This document shows, in pieces, positions 8,925-19,443 of a stretch of DNA of 64,000 bases. Source of the stretch: Acetofilamentum sp. Its GTDB lineage: Bacteria; Bacteroidota; Bacteroidia; Bacteroidales; DYOH01. Both the position numbers and the translations under genes were made by a program. The stretch is from contig DYOH01000008.1 of assembly GCA_020720625.1 (NCBI GenBank), forward strand, positions 11,517-75,516, given 5' to 3'. The notes under the pieces were generated by a model. That model was not told where the DNA came from and searched no databases. It saw nothing but the letters and a program-made list of their open reading frames with translations. Position 1 is the stretch's first letter. Each line of letters begins with the position of its first letter.

Positions 8925-10349
8925 TCAGTTTTGTAAGCTTTCATCTCTTTCGTATGCACCTATATCAGGTGCAATGTCTTTGTTTCGCCAATTGTTGTTT
9001 AAATCGTTTAATAGTATATTTGGATAAACACCGAGCAATTTTGGGTTTCCTTTGTCCTTGGCGAGTGATAGCGTATCAAGTTGATAATCATAATTGCGTT
9101 GGTCTTTGAAGTGGAAAACCGGATTTAACAGGGAGTTCGTTTGCTTTAAAAATAGAATGCTTTCATTATCATATTTGATTAAACAATGATTAAACTGGTA
9201 GTTAAATTGTTGCGAAACAGGTGCCGAATCAAGTGCCAATTCTCCTGGTAATCCGCCATAAATAATCGAATTTTCGAAAATAACTTTTGATAAAGACCTT
9301 ATTTGTAGATAGTTATTGTTGTCGACATAGTAATTATTTATGAACAAAGCAGGAGCCTGTCGTGGAAAATAGCTCCAATAATTGGCCAAGGTGCAATGAT
9401 AAAATTCATACTCGCCTCCCCAGATTAATCCGACACAAATCTGTCCACAATTGGCAATGAGCGTGTTGGCGGCAAAAATATGCGCACCCCGACCCAAAAG
9501 TCCAAAACTATTCATATTTTCGATTTTGGAGTTGAGCAAAGTAAGTGTAGGTTTCTCGGAAGCCACTGTATCAACAATAAGTCCTTCTATTCCATTTTTA
9601 ATAATCGCCCAATTAATTAGATTATCTTTGCTGCCTGCCATTAGCCAAATTCCGGTCCATTGTCCCGGAGCGTTCTCGTACCATTCTTCTAATCTATCTC
9701 CTGTAAAGATAACCGGATTTTCTGCTGTACCGTTTACAATCAAACTTCCTTGCACATACAATCGCGATTTGGTATGAACATAAATCTCTGTGCCTTCTTC
9801 GATAGTTAATAACTGATCGGGCAGAACCAACATGGAGTTATATATAAGGTATGGTCTCTGATTTGTCCAGGTTTGTGTATTAATATACCCACTACTGTCG
9901 TTTCCATTTATTAAGTGTACATTTTGTCCAAACGCATATAATTTTACATCTTGTTTTCCTGCATCAAGCTCGAAAACAATGCTATCTGATTCTACCAACT
10001 GATCTAGGTCGGTATTAATTGTTACTTCCACAAAAATATAAATGCTGTCGCCGGCAGCGAGCGCAATATCGGAGACAGCATTAGTCGCTTTTCCATCAAT
10101 ATTCAGTCTATAATTATTACTATTCTCTGCTAAATATATTTTATTGATAATTAAAGGCTTTTCGTTATGGTTATATACTTTAAAATGTTGTGTGGCAGAG
10201 CCAATGCCAACAAAAACGGTGTCGAAATGCACTGTGTCTGTCGAAAAACTGAGTTTAACATTTCCATCAAAATTATTTTCGGGCAAAAAACACGATGTAA
10301 TGATTGTTGAAACGACAATGAAATAAAGAATAAAGCGAAAACTTTTCAT
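8925..10349 (-). CDS. Lipoprotein with parallel beta-helix-like repeats, function unknown
   Basis: 474 aa with a lipobox (IITSC) and a repetitive G/N-rich middle. The C-terminal DIGAYE motif is common at the end of right-handed beta-helix surface proteins. Confidence 0.65.
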   Translation of the reverse strand: MKSFRFILYFIVVSTIITSCFLPENNFDGNVKLSFSTDTVHFDTVFVGIGSATQHFKVYNHNEKPLIINKIYLAENSNNYRLNIDGKATNAVSDIALAAGDSIYIFVEVTINTDLDQLVESDSIVFELDAGKQDVKLYAFGQNVHLINGNDSSGYINTQTWTNQRPYLIYNSMLVLPDQLLTIEEGTEIYVHTKSRLYVQGSLIVNGTAENPVIFTGDRLEEWYENAPGQWTGIWLMAGSKDNLINWAIIKNGIEGLIVDTVASEKPTLTLLNSKIENMNSFGLLGRGAHIFAANTLIANCGQICVGLIWGGEYEFYHCTLANYWSYFPRQAPALFINNYYVDNNNYLQIRSLSKVIFENSIIYGGLPGELALDSAPVSQQFNYQFNHCLIKYDNESILFLKQTNSLLNPVFHFKDQRNYDYQLDTLSLAKDKGNPKLLGVYPNILLNDLNNNWRNKDIAPDIGAYERDESLQN

Positions 10350-10393
10350 GAATACTCAATAATTATAAAAATACAAACGGAAAAACTGTTTAG

Positions 10394-12781
10394 TTATTCT
10401 TTGTTCTTAACTTCGAAATTAATTTGTTGCGATTCTCCAAAATCATCGAGCAATAATAGATTATATTTTCCGGGTTTTAAAAATATTTCAATTTCGTGAT
10501 GGCTTTTTGTTGTTGCAACAAGATTATCGTTGATATACCAAAATATTTTAGCAGAGCCGTGGGCATGTGCCGCTCTAAAAATTACTTTGGTATTTTTAGA
10601 ATTCCAGTCGAGAGGTAGGTAAATTTTAGTACCGTTCTGAGGGTAAATTGATTCAATTTTATGCATGTTTTGGGCCTGATTTGCGCCGCAACCCGGCAAA
10701 TAATCTGGAAGTGAAACATACTCTTTATGCGTTTTTTTGTAGTAAAATTCCATGGTCGGAGGTAGGGTAAACCAGGTTTTCGATTTCATTTGCAATACAT
10801 TGTAGCAAGCAGCATTCACTTGGTATTTTTCCGTTTGATCCAGATGCACCATCTGGTGATATTTGCACACCGGCGATTTTTCTGCACTTTTGGGAGCCGA
10901 AATGCTTATGGTATTTTGGCACAAATGACCGGCCAGATAACCACTTTCTTTGCACACATTTACTTTAATAAACTCATCAGCCGGTTGGTCGAACCATTTT
11001 TTAGCGGAGGGCAGAAGTCGGAATGTTTCAAAAAGCACGGGAGCAGCCATAATAGAACCGGTTAATTCGGGGCGGCCTTCACCATCGGCATTTCCAACCC
11101 ATACGGCCACCAGAAACTGAGAACTAATACCTATGGCCCAGGCATCCCTAAAACCGTAGCTTGTTCCTGTTTTCCATGCAATTGGCCCAGATGAACTGAA
11201 CAGTTGCCAGGCCGATTCCGATTCAGGCCTAACCACATTGAGCATGGCTTTGAGCGTAAAATAAACAGATGCAGCATCGTAAACCGGATTTGCCAATTCA
11301 TTCAATTCTGACCTGTTTTCTTCATTTTTTTTGGAGATTGATAATTCTTTGATGTCTTGCTGATAATATTTTCCATTGTTTTCGTGATAATTATTCAGAA
11401 TACGTACCATATTGGCATACATTTCGGCCAGATTCCACAAGGAGGCTTCGCTTCCTCCTAAAATGAGTGATAAACCATAGTGCTCAGCTGAGTTAGACAA
11501 ACTTTTTAATCCGATTTGTTTTAACTTAGAATGAAATTTTTCTATTCCATAATCTTTAAGCATAAGCACTGCCGGAATATTTAGCGAACGAGCAAGTGCC
11601 TGATCGGCAGGAACAGCACCTTCGTAGGTTCGGTTGTAGTTTTTGGGCATGAAACCGCCAAATTGTACCGGAATATCCGGAATAATGCTTTGTGGCAGAA
11701 TTTGACCTTCGTAGAGCATGGCCCCATATAAGAATGGCTTTAAAATAGAGCCGGTGCTTCTTTGTGCCTGAATGCAATCGACCATATAGGCTTTGTTGCC
11801 GTCTTTTATCGGGGTATTGGCAACGTATGCCAATACCTTACCGGAAATGGGCTCAACTACAAGTACAGCTGCATTAAAAATTTGATTCGATTGCCAAAAG
11901 GCTTGTTTGCGTGCCAGAATTTCTTCTATTCGTTGCTGCAAGTTTAATTGAATACTGGTTTTGTGAAAAGCATCATTTTTGTTTTTTTGATTATTTTCCA
12001 AAAAGCTTAATAATTGCACCGAATGCTGCTCCAGTGCAAAAGTTTTTTGAGGAACAGGCTCTTCTAAAGCTAACTCAAGAGTCTCATTATCAATTATTTG
12101 CTTTTCGTGTAATTTTGTAAGCAATATATTGCGTTTTTTTAAGAGCTTATCTCTGTTTCGGCCCGGATGAATTAATGCCGGGGAGTTTGGTAAAATGGCC
12201 AAAGTGGCTGCCTGAGCCCAAGAAAGGTTATCGGCAGGAGTTTGAAAATATTTCCATGCTGCTGCATCAATACCTACAATATTTCCGCCCATGGGAGCAT
12301 TCGAAGCATATAGCGATAGAATTTGTTCTTTATTATAGCTTAATTCCAATCTGGTGGCCAGTGCAATTTCAATAATTTTTTCGAATACAGTTCTGGCCTT
12401 ATTCCCTCTCATAAGCCTTATTACTTGCATGGTAATGGTGCTGCCGCCACTCACAACTTTTCTGTTTTTCAGGTTTAGATAGGCCGCCCGCAAAAAGGCT
12501 ATAAAATCAAAACCCGGGTGTTTAAAAAATCGTTTGTCTTCGAATTGCGTCATGCAAACGGCAATTTTTGGCGGAACAGAATCGCATGCTGCAAATCTCC
12601 ATTGCTCGTCTTTAGCAATTTTTGCGCCTATTAAATACCCGTTTTCGTCTATGGCAACCGTTGAGAGCGGCTTGTGAAACAATTCGGATGGTAGAATATT
12701 GTAATATATTAATAATAAGATAAGTATCGAGTTAACCAGTATCCAATGGCGCACAGATAAACGCAAGAACTTTTTATTCAT
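10394..12781 (-). CDS. pbpC: Penicillin-binding protein 1C (bifunctional transglycosylase/transpeptidase)
   Basis: 795 aa. GT51 motifs are EDKRFFKHPGFD and GGSTITMQ. The transpeptidase motif is STGSILKP. A C-terminal extension matches the length typical of PbpC. Confidence 0.88.
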   Translation of the reverse strand: MNKKFLRLSVRHWILVNSILILLLIYYNILPSELFHKPLSTVAIDENGYLIGAKIAKDEQWRFAACDSVPPKIAVCMTQFEDKRFFKHPGFDFIAFLRAAYLNLKNRKVVSGGSTITMQVIRLMRGNKARTVFEKIIEIALATRLELSYNKEQILSLYASNAPMGGNIVGIDAAAWKYFQTPADNLSWAQAATLAILPNSPALIHPGRNRDKLLKKRNILLTKLHEKQIIDNETLELALEEPVPQKTFALEQHSVQLLSFLENNQKNKNDAFHKTSIQLNLQQRIEEILARKQAFWQSNQIFNAAVLVVEPISGKVLAYVANTPIKDGNKAYMVDCIQAQRSTGSILKPFLYGAMLYEGQILPQSIIPDIPVQFGGFMPKNYNRTYEGAVPADQALARSLNIPAVLMLKDYGIEKFHSKLKQIGLKSLSNSAEHYGLSLILGGSEASLWNLAEMYANMVRILNNYHENNGKYYQQDIKELSISKKNEENRSELNELANPVYDAASVYFTLKAMLNVVRPESESAWQLFSSSGPIAWKTGTSYGFRDAWAIGISSQFLVAVWVGNADGEGRPELTGSIMAAPVLFETFRLLPSAKKWFDQPADEFIKVNVCKESGYLAGHLCQNTISISAPKSAEKSPVCKYHQMVHLDQTEKYQVNAACYNVLQMKSKTWFTLPPTMEFYYKKTHKEYVSLPDYLPGCGANQAQNMHKIESIYPQNGTKIYLPLDWNSKNTKVIFRAAHAHGSAKIFWYINDNLVATTKSHHEIEIFLKPGKYNLLLLDDFGESQQINFEVKNKE

Positions 12782-15152
12782 ATTTGATGGCTTCGATGGT
12801 TTGTTTTTTGTATGCCTGATAAGAAAAATAGACTACAATTAGCATAGAAATAGCCAAACTAAGTACACTACCTTGAAAAAATAAGAACCAACTGATAGAA
12901 GCCCGAACAGCTAAAACGTTTAACAAAAGATTCATCGAAAGCAAAGACAGAGGCAATGATACGAGGGTGGCAAAAAGTAAGATTCCTATTAATTCTTTAA
13001 AATAGATGGCAATAATATTCGTAAGGGATGCACCAAGTACTTTGTGAATAGCAATTTCTTTGGTTTTTTGTTCGGTAATAAAACCTGTAAGGCCAATTAT
13101 TCCTAAAATGGCAATAAAAAAGGACACCAGCGAAAAGCTAAAAAGCAAAAATGTAAAACTATATTCGTTTACATACCTAAAGCTTAACAATGGTTTAAGC
13201 TGACGCAGCATGGGGGGTTTGCTAATGTTTTTAGATTCCCACAAATGCAACATTTGTTTTTCGAGTTCTCTTATTGATGCATCGTTTTTTACTTTAATTG
13301 CCAGGTAGTTTATTCTCCATAGCTCGTTGGGCGTGGCCTCTTTTAAAATCATGGGCGGAATGGCATGAAACAATGAATTGGTGTAAAAATCTGAAACAAT
13401 TCCCGATATTTTGTTCACTTGTTCGAATTGCATAATATTTCGGCCTAAATTAGATTCCATTGTTTGGTTTCTAATGTATTGGTCAAATTTTTGGTTGATA
13501 TAAAGTAATTTTGCGGCACTTGCCCCCCGGGTGGATTCTTCGAGCGAAATCCTGAAAGTGTTCAAAAAATCACCATAAAATGTTATTGAAGGAATAAATG
13601 CTGATATTTTATTTTCTTTATTAAAAATGCTAATTTTTTCCATTTTATAGTTAATTCCGGGAATATCGCTAATGGCACAAAAACTTTCAATTTGAGGAAT
13701 ATTTGCAATATTTTTTTCAAAATTTTCATAGTCTTCGTAAATCTGAGTGTTATATACGGGCACTATATATACGTTCTCCGACTCAAAACCTAAATCGCTG
13801 TTTATTAGAAAATAAAGTTGTTTTATGTGCAATAATGCCAAAATTATAAATGTAACAGAAAGGCCATATTGAATAAAAATAAAAAATCGCGCCTGACGGT
13901 TTGCAACAGTAAATTTTTTCCATTTAAAACGACTGTAATCAAGTACATTGGTTTTACTTAAGCCTAAATAAGCAAATAAAGCCACTATTGCAGATAGTAA
14001 GGTGGTAATAGAAAGAGCCAATACTATAAATTTTAAGTTTATAAACTGGTAAAAAACCATCTCAATTAACATAATATTTCGAAAAACCGGAAATAACCAT
14101 TCGGCCAGAAGTAAAGAAAAGAATAGCGATAAATAGCTAATAATCAAAGTTTCTGTAAATATTTGCAAATAGGTAACACGGGCATCGGCTCCGAGTACCT
14201 TTTTTACATAAAATTCTTTTTTTCTTCTGCTAATGCTGCTTAGTGTAAGATTTCCGAAATTGATAAAGGCATTTAAGAATATAGCTATCGTCAATATTAT
14301 CAGTATAATAACATATTTTTTTTGACTATTTGCCGAAACTTCATTTTGTGCATTCGAAAATAGATGAATGTCTGAGATAGGGAATAAAGAAAGTGAAATG
14401 AAGTTTTTCTCAGGTTCAAAATAATATTCATTAATAATCTCCGGAAAAAAGCTCTCTACCTCTTTTTTAATTTTTTCGTTGGGAGCAACTATATATGTCC
14501 ATGTTGGATTCCATGCCCAGTTTCCAATACTTTCGAGATGTGTTGAAGCAAAACTGGCAAGAAAATCAATTTTAAAGTGTGTATTTTTCGACAATTTTCT
14601 ATATACTCCGATTACCTCCAGAGGAACTTCGCCTTCGTAAAGCAATATTTTTCCTATCGGATTTTCGTCTTTAAAATATTTGGCTGCTTTTCTTTCGGAA
14701 ATAATTACCTTATTATTAAGGTTAAAGTTTTCTAAAGAGCCTTTAATTAGGCTAATATTGGCTATTCTCAAAAAATCGGAATTCGCAAAAAAGAAATTTG
14801 ATTCGTAATCTTCGGCCAATTCTGACTTTAAATAATGTTCGGTAAGCTGATAATTAAATAATTGTCCAACAGCTACGAGTTTATTTTCGAATTTTTCTTT
14901 CAGAATTTGCGCCAATGGAATAGGTGTAGTTGCCATTTTCTGGTTCATTTCTTTATTAGAATAGCTAAAATGTATTCGGTAAGTTTGAGCCGACATTGGA
15001 AAATTTTTCTCATAGCTTAACTCACCGGCAATTATCATATAAAGTAAAATAATAGAAGCCCCGGCAACCGAAAGTCCAAGTATATTACTAAAAGTATATT
15101 TTGAGTATTTGGTTAGTATTTTAGAAATTATTTTGAAATAGATTTTGAACAT
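12774..15152 (-). CDS. FtsX/MacB-family ABC transporter permease (no ATPase nearby)
   Basis: 792 aa with the duplicated architecture TM, large periplasmic domain, then 3 TM, twice. Its stop overlaps the pbpC start (ATGAATAA). Confidence 0.8.
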   Translation of the reverse strand: MFKIYFKIISKILTKYSKYTFSNILGLSVAGASIILLYMIIAGELSYEKNFPMSAQTYRIHFSYSNKEMNQKMATTPIPLAQILKEKFENKLVAVGQLFNYQLTEHYLKSELAEDYESNFFFANSDFLRIANISLIKGSLENFNLNNKVIISERKAAKYFKDENPIGKILLYEGEVPLEVIGVYRKLSKNTHFKIDFLASFASTHLESIGNWAWNPTWTYIVAPNEKIKKEVESFFPEIINEYYFEPEKNFISLSLFPISDIHLFSNAQNEVSANSQKKYVIILIILTIAIFLNAFINFGNLTLSSISRRKKEFYVKKVLGADARVTYLQIFTETLIISYLSLFFSLLLAEWLFPVFRNIMLIEMVFYQFINLKFIVLALSITTLLSAIVALFAYLGLSKTNVLDYSRFKWKKFTVANRQARFFIFIQYGLSVTFIILALLHIKQLYFLINSDLGFESENVYIVPVYNTQIYEDYENFEKNIANIPQIESFCAISDIPGINYKMEKISIFNKENKISAFIPSITFYGDFLNTFRISLEESTRGASAAKLLYINQKFDQYIRNQTMESNLGRNIMQFEQVNKISGIVSDFYTNSLFHAIPPMILKEATPNELWRINYLAIKVKNDASIRELEKQMLHLWESKNISKPPMLRQLKPLLSFRYVNEYSFTFLLFSFSLVSFFIAILGIIGLTGFITEQKTKEIAIHKVLGASLTNIIAIYFKELIGILLFATLVSLPLSLLSMNLLLNVLAVRASISWFLFFQGSVLSLAISMLIVVYFSYQAYKKQTIEAIKYE

Positions 15153-15221
15153 TTTGCTAATTCTTAATGTTTTTTTAAAAATTTAATCAGTTTCATGCTG
15201 TAAATTTACTAATATTAGCCT

Positions 15222-15229
15222 TATATTTG
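15222..15229 (+). promoter_or_regulatory. Bacteroidota-type -7 box (TATATTTG) upstream of the S9 peptidase
   Basis: TATATTTG lies 35 nt upstream of the ATG at 15264. The -33 position carries CTG rather than TTG. Confidence 0.4.
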
Positions 15230-15263
15230 GTTAAAATATTTTAACTACACAAACAAAAGCACC

Positions 15264-17396
15264 ATGAAAGTAATAAAAAAAAATTATTTGTTGATATTGG
15301 TCGGGTTATTTTTGTTTTCATGTAATCAGCAAAGCAAAACTCCCACTCAAATAGAAGCGCCTGTTGCAAAAAAACAGGAAAAAAAGCTTATACAGCACGG
15401 ACACGAAAGAATTGATAACTATTATTGGCTCAACGAGCGCTCAAATCCCGAAGTTATTGCACACCTCGAGGCTGAAAATGCCTACGCTAACGAAATGTTA
15501 AAGTCTACGGAGGTATTGCAAAGTAAGCTTTTTGAAGAAATGAAAGCCCGCATTTCTGAAGACGATAAATCTGTACCTTATTTTCTTAATGGGTATTTTT
15601 ATTACAATCGTTTCGAGAAAGGTAAAGAATATCCTATTCATTGTCGAAAAAAAGGAACTCTCGAAACAGATGAACTTATTATGCTGGATGTGAATGTATT
15701 AGCCGAAGGTAAAGCCTACTGTGGTGTGAACTCTTTGAGTGTGAGCCCCGATAATAAAATTTTGGCTTATGGAATCGATACCGTGAGCAGAAGGCAATAT
15801 CAAATTCGATTCAAAGATATGGAAAGCGGCACTGAATTAAGGGATGTAATTTTGAATACCGAAGGAAGTGCGGCATGGGCTGCAGATAATAAAACCGTTT
15901 TTTACAGCCGAAAAGATACAGTAACTTTACGTTCTTATCAGATTTATAAGCACACTTTGGGAACTCCGGTGCAAGACGATAAATTAATTTATCAGGAAAA
16001 CGACGAAACTTTTGGTGTATATGTGTATACCAGTAAAGATGAAAAATACATAATCATTGCAAGCTCAAGCAGCGTGAGCGACGAATACCGACTACTTAAA
16101 TCTGATAATCCGGATGGCGAATTTACGATTTTTCAAGCACGCGAACGAGGCCTGGAATACTCCATTGAGCATTACAACAACGAATTTTATATTCGCACAA
16201 ATTATAAGGCACTTAATTTTAATGTAATGAAAACCCTAGATAACAAAACATCAAAGGAAAACTGGAAGAATGTAATGCCTTATAATGATTCTATATTTAC
16301 AGAGGGGATAGAAATAATGAGCGATTATCTTGTGATTCAGCAAAAAGTGGCCGGAATTGGAAATTTATTCGTGTATCATCTAAAAAGCAAAAAATCCTAT
16401 GGTATCGATTTCGAAGAAGAAGTATTTTCTGCTGATATGACTTCAAATACTGATCCGAAATCTAAAGTGCTTCGTTTTAGCTATACCTCGCTAACAACGC
16501 CAACAGAAATTTATGATTATAATTTGGAAACTAAAGAGCGGGTAATGCTAAAAAAGACAGAGGTAATTGGCAATTTCAACAAAAACGACTACGAATCAAA
16601 ACGACTTTATGCAAAAGCTTCCGACGGAACCTTAATTCCGGTTTCTATTGTTTATAAAAAAGGCTTAAATATCCAAAGTGGACAGAATCCTACCCTAATT
16701 TATGCTTATGGTTCTTACGGATACAGTCTCGACCCATATTTTAGTTCTACCCGATTATCGCTGCTCGATAGGGGATTTATTTATGCCATTGCCCATGTGA
16801 GAGGCGGTCAGGAGATGGGGCGTAGCTGGTACGATGATGGTAAGTTAATGAATAAAATGAATACTTTTACCGATTTTATTGCTATTTCAGAGCATCTAAT
16901 CAATCAGAAGTACACATCGCCAGAGCATCTTTTTGCCTGGGGTGGTAGCGCCGGTGGTTTGCTTGTTGGAGCTGTTGCCAATATGGCTCCTCAGCTTTAT
17001 AAAGGTATTATTGCCGAAGTGCCATTTGTAGATGTGGTTACAACCATGCTCGATGAATCTATTCCGCTTACAACTGGTGAGTTCGACGAATGGGGAAATC
17101 CAAAAGATTCGGCGGCTTACTGGTATATGCTTTCTTATTCTCCATACGATAATGTGAAAGCTACTGCATACCCTAATATCTTGGTTACTAGCGGATTGTA
17201 TGATTCACAGGTGCAATATTTCGAACCTGCTAAATGGGTAGCTAAATTACGCGAAATGAAAACAGATAATAATCTGCTTTTGTTTAGTACCAATATGGAT
17301 GCCGGACATGGTGGTGCATCCGGCAGATTTCAGGCATTAAAGGAGTATGCAACACAATTTGCATTTTTGTTTATGTTGCTTGATATTAAGGAATAA
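15264..17396 (+). CDS. ptrB: S9A serine peptidase (oligopeptidase B / prolyl oligopeptidase family), lipoprotein
   Basis: 710 aa with a lipobox (LFLFSC). A beta-propeller N-domain is followed by a catalytic domain with GGSAGGLL (nucleophile Ser) and DAGHGG (His). Confidence 0.88.
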   Translation: MKVIKKNYLLILVGLFLFSCNQQSKTPTQIEAPVAKKQEKKLIQHGHERIDNYYWLNERSNPEVIAHLEAENAYANEMLKSTEVLQSKLFEEMKARISEDDKSVPYFLNGYFYYNRFEKGKEYPIHCRKKGTLETDELIMLDVNVLAEGKAYCGVNSLSVSPDNKILAYGIDTVSRRQYQIRFKDMESGTELRDVILNTEGSAAWAADNKTVFYSRKDTVTLRSYQIYKHTLGTPVQDDKLIYQENDETFGVYVYTSKDEKYIIIASSSSVSDEYRLLKSDNPDGEFTIFQARERGLEYSIEHYNNEFYIRTNYKALNFNVMKTLDNKTSKENWKNVMPYNDSIFTEGIEIMSDYLVIQQKVAGIGNLFVYHLKSKKSYGIDFEEEVFSADMTSNTDPKSKVLRFSYTSLTTPTEIYDYNLETKERVMLKKTEVIGNFNKNDYESKRLYAKASDGTLIPVSIVYKKGLNIQSGQNPTLIYAYGSYGYSLDPYFSSTRLSLLDRGFIYAIAHVRGGQEMGRSWYDDGKLMNKMNTFTDFIAISEHLINQKYTSPEHLFAWGGSAGGLLVGAVANMAPQLYKGIIAEVPFVDVVTTMLDESIPLTTGEFDEWGNPKDSAAYWYMLSYSPYDNVKATAYPNILVTSGLYDSQVQYFEPAKWVAKLREMKTDNNLLLFSTNMDAGHGGASGRFQALKEYATQFAFLFMLLDIKE

Positions 17397-17514
17397 TTAG
17401 TACTTGGAATTAACCGAGTTACCCATTTTATTCTTCCGGAAACCTTATTTTTTTTGGTCAGGGAATAGAATGGGTTTTTTTTGATTGAAAAAATGCAGAA
17501 TTGAGTATAAACGC

Positions 17515-17522
17515 TACATTTG
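17515..17522 (+). promoter_or_regulatory. Possible -7 box (TACATTTG)
   Basis: It matches TAnnTTTG, 43 nt upstream of the ATG at 17565. Confidence 0.35.
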
Positions 17523-17564
17523 CATAATTTTTTATCAATTTTTAGAAAAATATGATTACGCAAT

Positions 17565-17966
17565 ATGAGTTCACAAATTATTTCTGAGATTCGACAAGCA
17601 ATTACTGACAAAGGTCATAACTATTTTTTCGATAAACTAAATAAACGACTGATATTATTGGCAAAAAACGCTCAAATGCTTGAATACGGGAGTTTTCAGG
17701 CCTGTCAATTGGTGCATATTGAACGAAAGCCCGAAAATTTTGTATCCATTGAACCAATTTCTGAAGCAGATGAGTTTGAATGGATGAATGAGTTTGCCGC
17801 TATTCAAAGCAATTTCTTACTTATTGAGGGCCTTTCGGGTGAAAATCCGTTTGAAGCATTTTTCGATATAGTAAGTGCGACTATTTTATTAGATACATGG
17901 CAAGAATTTTATAACCAGAAAATTAACTTCATGTGTGAATCTATTTACGATAATCTTTTTCATTAA
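17565..17966 (+). CDS. Hypothetical acidic cytoplasmic protein (pattern reminiscent of the UPF0158 family)
   Basis: 133 aa with no signal peptide. The pattern IEPISEADEFEWMNEF...GENPFEAFFD...W resembles small UPF0158-type proteins. This is a weak, by-eye resemblance only. Confidence 0.5.
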   Translation: MSSQIISEIRQAITDKGHNYFFDKLNKRLILLAKNAQMLEYGSFQACQLVHIERKPENFVSIEPISEADEFEWMNEFAAIQSNFLLIEGLSGENPFEAFFDIVSATILLDTWQEFYNQKINFMCESIYDNLFH

Positions 17967-17975
17967 GATGCATAA

Positions 17976-19280
17976 TTAATTATTTATTAGTCCTTTATAG
18001 CTATAGCCTAATTCATTAATACTAATTTCGATTTCGGAAAACGAGTAATTAGAACCATCAAGTTTTACATGTCCGTTTTCCAAATTAATTTCCACATTTG
18101 AAATACCATTAATTGATTTTAAGGCATTTTCAACATTGGCCTTACAATGGTTGCAGGTCATACCTTCAACTATGATAGTGTTTGGCTGAAATTCGGGCTT
18201 AAGCGAAGAGACATTTATTTTCGACATATCAAATTTATTTTGGGGATTTATTTTTTTGTGTTTTTTTAAATATTTTGCATAAAACTTGCGATAAAATGAT
18301 GCAAACAACAGCATCAAAAATATTATGGCAGATATAAATTCAAGCCAGATGGGCAATAATTGATGCTGGTGTGTGGAGTGATGATTAATCAGACTAAACC
18401 AATCTGCCGGAAAAAAATTGTTGATAATAACACCGCTGGTAATAGCGCCCAAACTGATTGACAAAAGATAAGCAGCCAGGGTTTTAATTCCAAGCACTTT
18501 TTTTATAATAGTAATAGTGGCCATATTGGTAGCTGGTCCTGCCATAAGAAACACCAGGGCTGCACCGGGCGATAATCCTTTAAGCATGAGTGCAGCAGCA
18601 ATTGGAACAGAGCCGGTGGCACATACATAGAGTGGGATAGAGGCTATCAAAATAAGAATCATTTGCAGGAATTGATTTTCGATATAGTTAGAAAAAAAAC
18701 CTGCCGGAATAGCCACGCTGATAATGGCTGCCAGCAGAATTCCAATACTAAGCCATTTGGATATATCGTCGAAAAATTCGATAAAAGCATAACGCATTGA
18801 GTCCGAAAAACTAATTTTTCCTTGTGCTACCTTTGGTTTTACTTCAGTTAATACCGAAGTTGTAGATTTCTTATCATATTTTGTAAACAATCGAACAAAA
18901 AAACCGCCCAAAATACCCGAAAGAAAAGCCACAATGGGTCTAATTAGCGCAAATGGCAAATTTATAAGCGAATAAGTAACCGCAATACTATCTACTCCGG
19001 TTTGCGGTGTGGAAATAAAAAAGGCCGTGGTAGAAGATTTTGATGCACCAGATTTAAACAATGAAATGCCCGTGGGAATAACACCGCAAGAGCAAAGTGG
19101 TAGCGGAATACCAAAAAGGCTAAGTTTAATGTCGGAAGCAAGATTGCCCTTGCCAGCAATTTTTTTTATGTATCTGTCTGAAATGTAATACTTTAATAGT
19201 CCTGCAACCAGAAAGCCAAACAGCAGATACACACTCATTTCGAGTATTAGTTGCCAAATTTCTTGAAGAATCGAAAGCAT
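17976..19280 (-). CDS. Permease (SO_0444-like putative Cu/Zn efflux type) fused to a C-terminal heavy-metal-associated domain
   Basis: 434 aa and polytopic, with a CSCGVIP motif. The C-terminal HMA fold carries GMTCNHCKANVENAL. Confidence 0.75.
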   Translation of the reverse strand: MLSILQEIWQLILEMSVYLLFGFLVAGLLKYYISDRYIKKIAGKGNLASDIKLSLFGIPLPLCSCGVIPTGISLFKSGASKSSTTAFFISTPQTGVDSIAVTYSLINLPFALIRPIVAFLSGILGGFFVRLFTKYDKKSTTSVLTEVKPKVAQGKISFSDSMRYAFIEFFDDISKWLSIGILLAAIISVAIPAGFFSNYIENQFLQMILILIASIPLYVCATGSVPIAAALMLKGLSPGAALVFLMAGPATNMATITIIKKVLGIKTLAAYLLSISLGAITSGVIINNFFPADWFSLINHHSTHQHQLLPIWLEFISAIIFLMLLFASFYRKFYAKYLKKHKKINPQNKFDMSKINVSSLKPEFQPNTIIVEGMTCNHCKANVENALKSINGISNVEINLENGHVKLDGSNYSFSEIEISINELGYSYKGLINN

Positions 19281-19443
19281 TTTTGTTTTAAAATTATTGA
19301 ATTTTCTAGCCCCATTTTGGGTTAGATTTTATTCATCGTCGAGAGCAAGTTTCTGTAATACCGTTTTTATGCTGTAATTTAATAACTTAAATAGTAAAAT
19401 CATTTTAAACTAAAGATAGAACAGCTTTTTTATTTCGGTCAAT

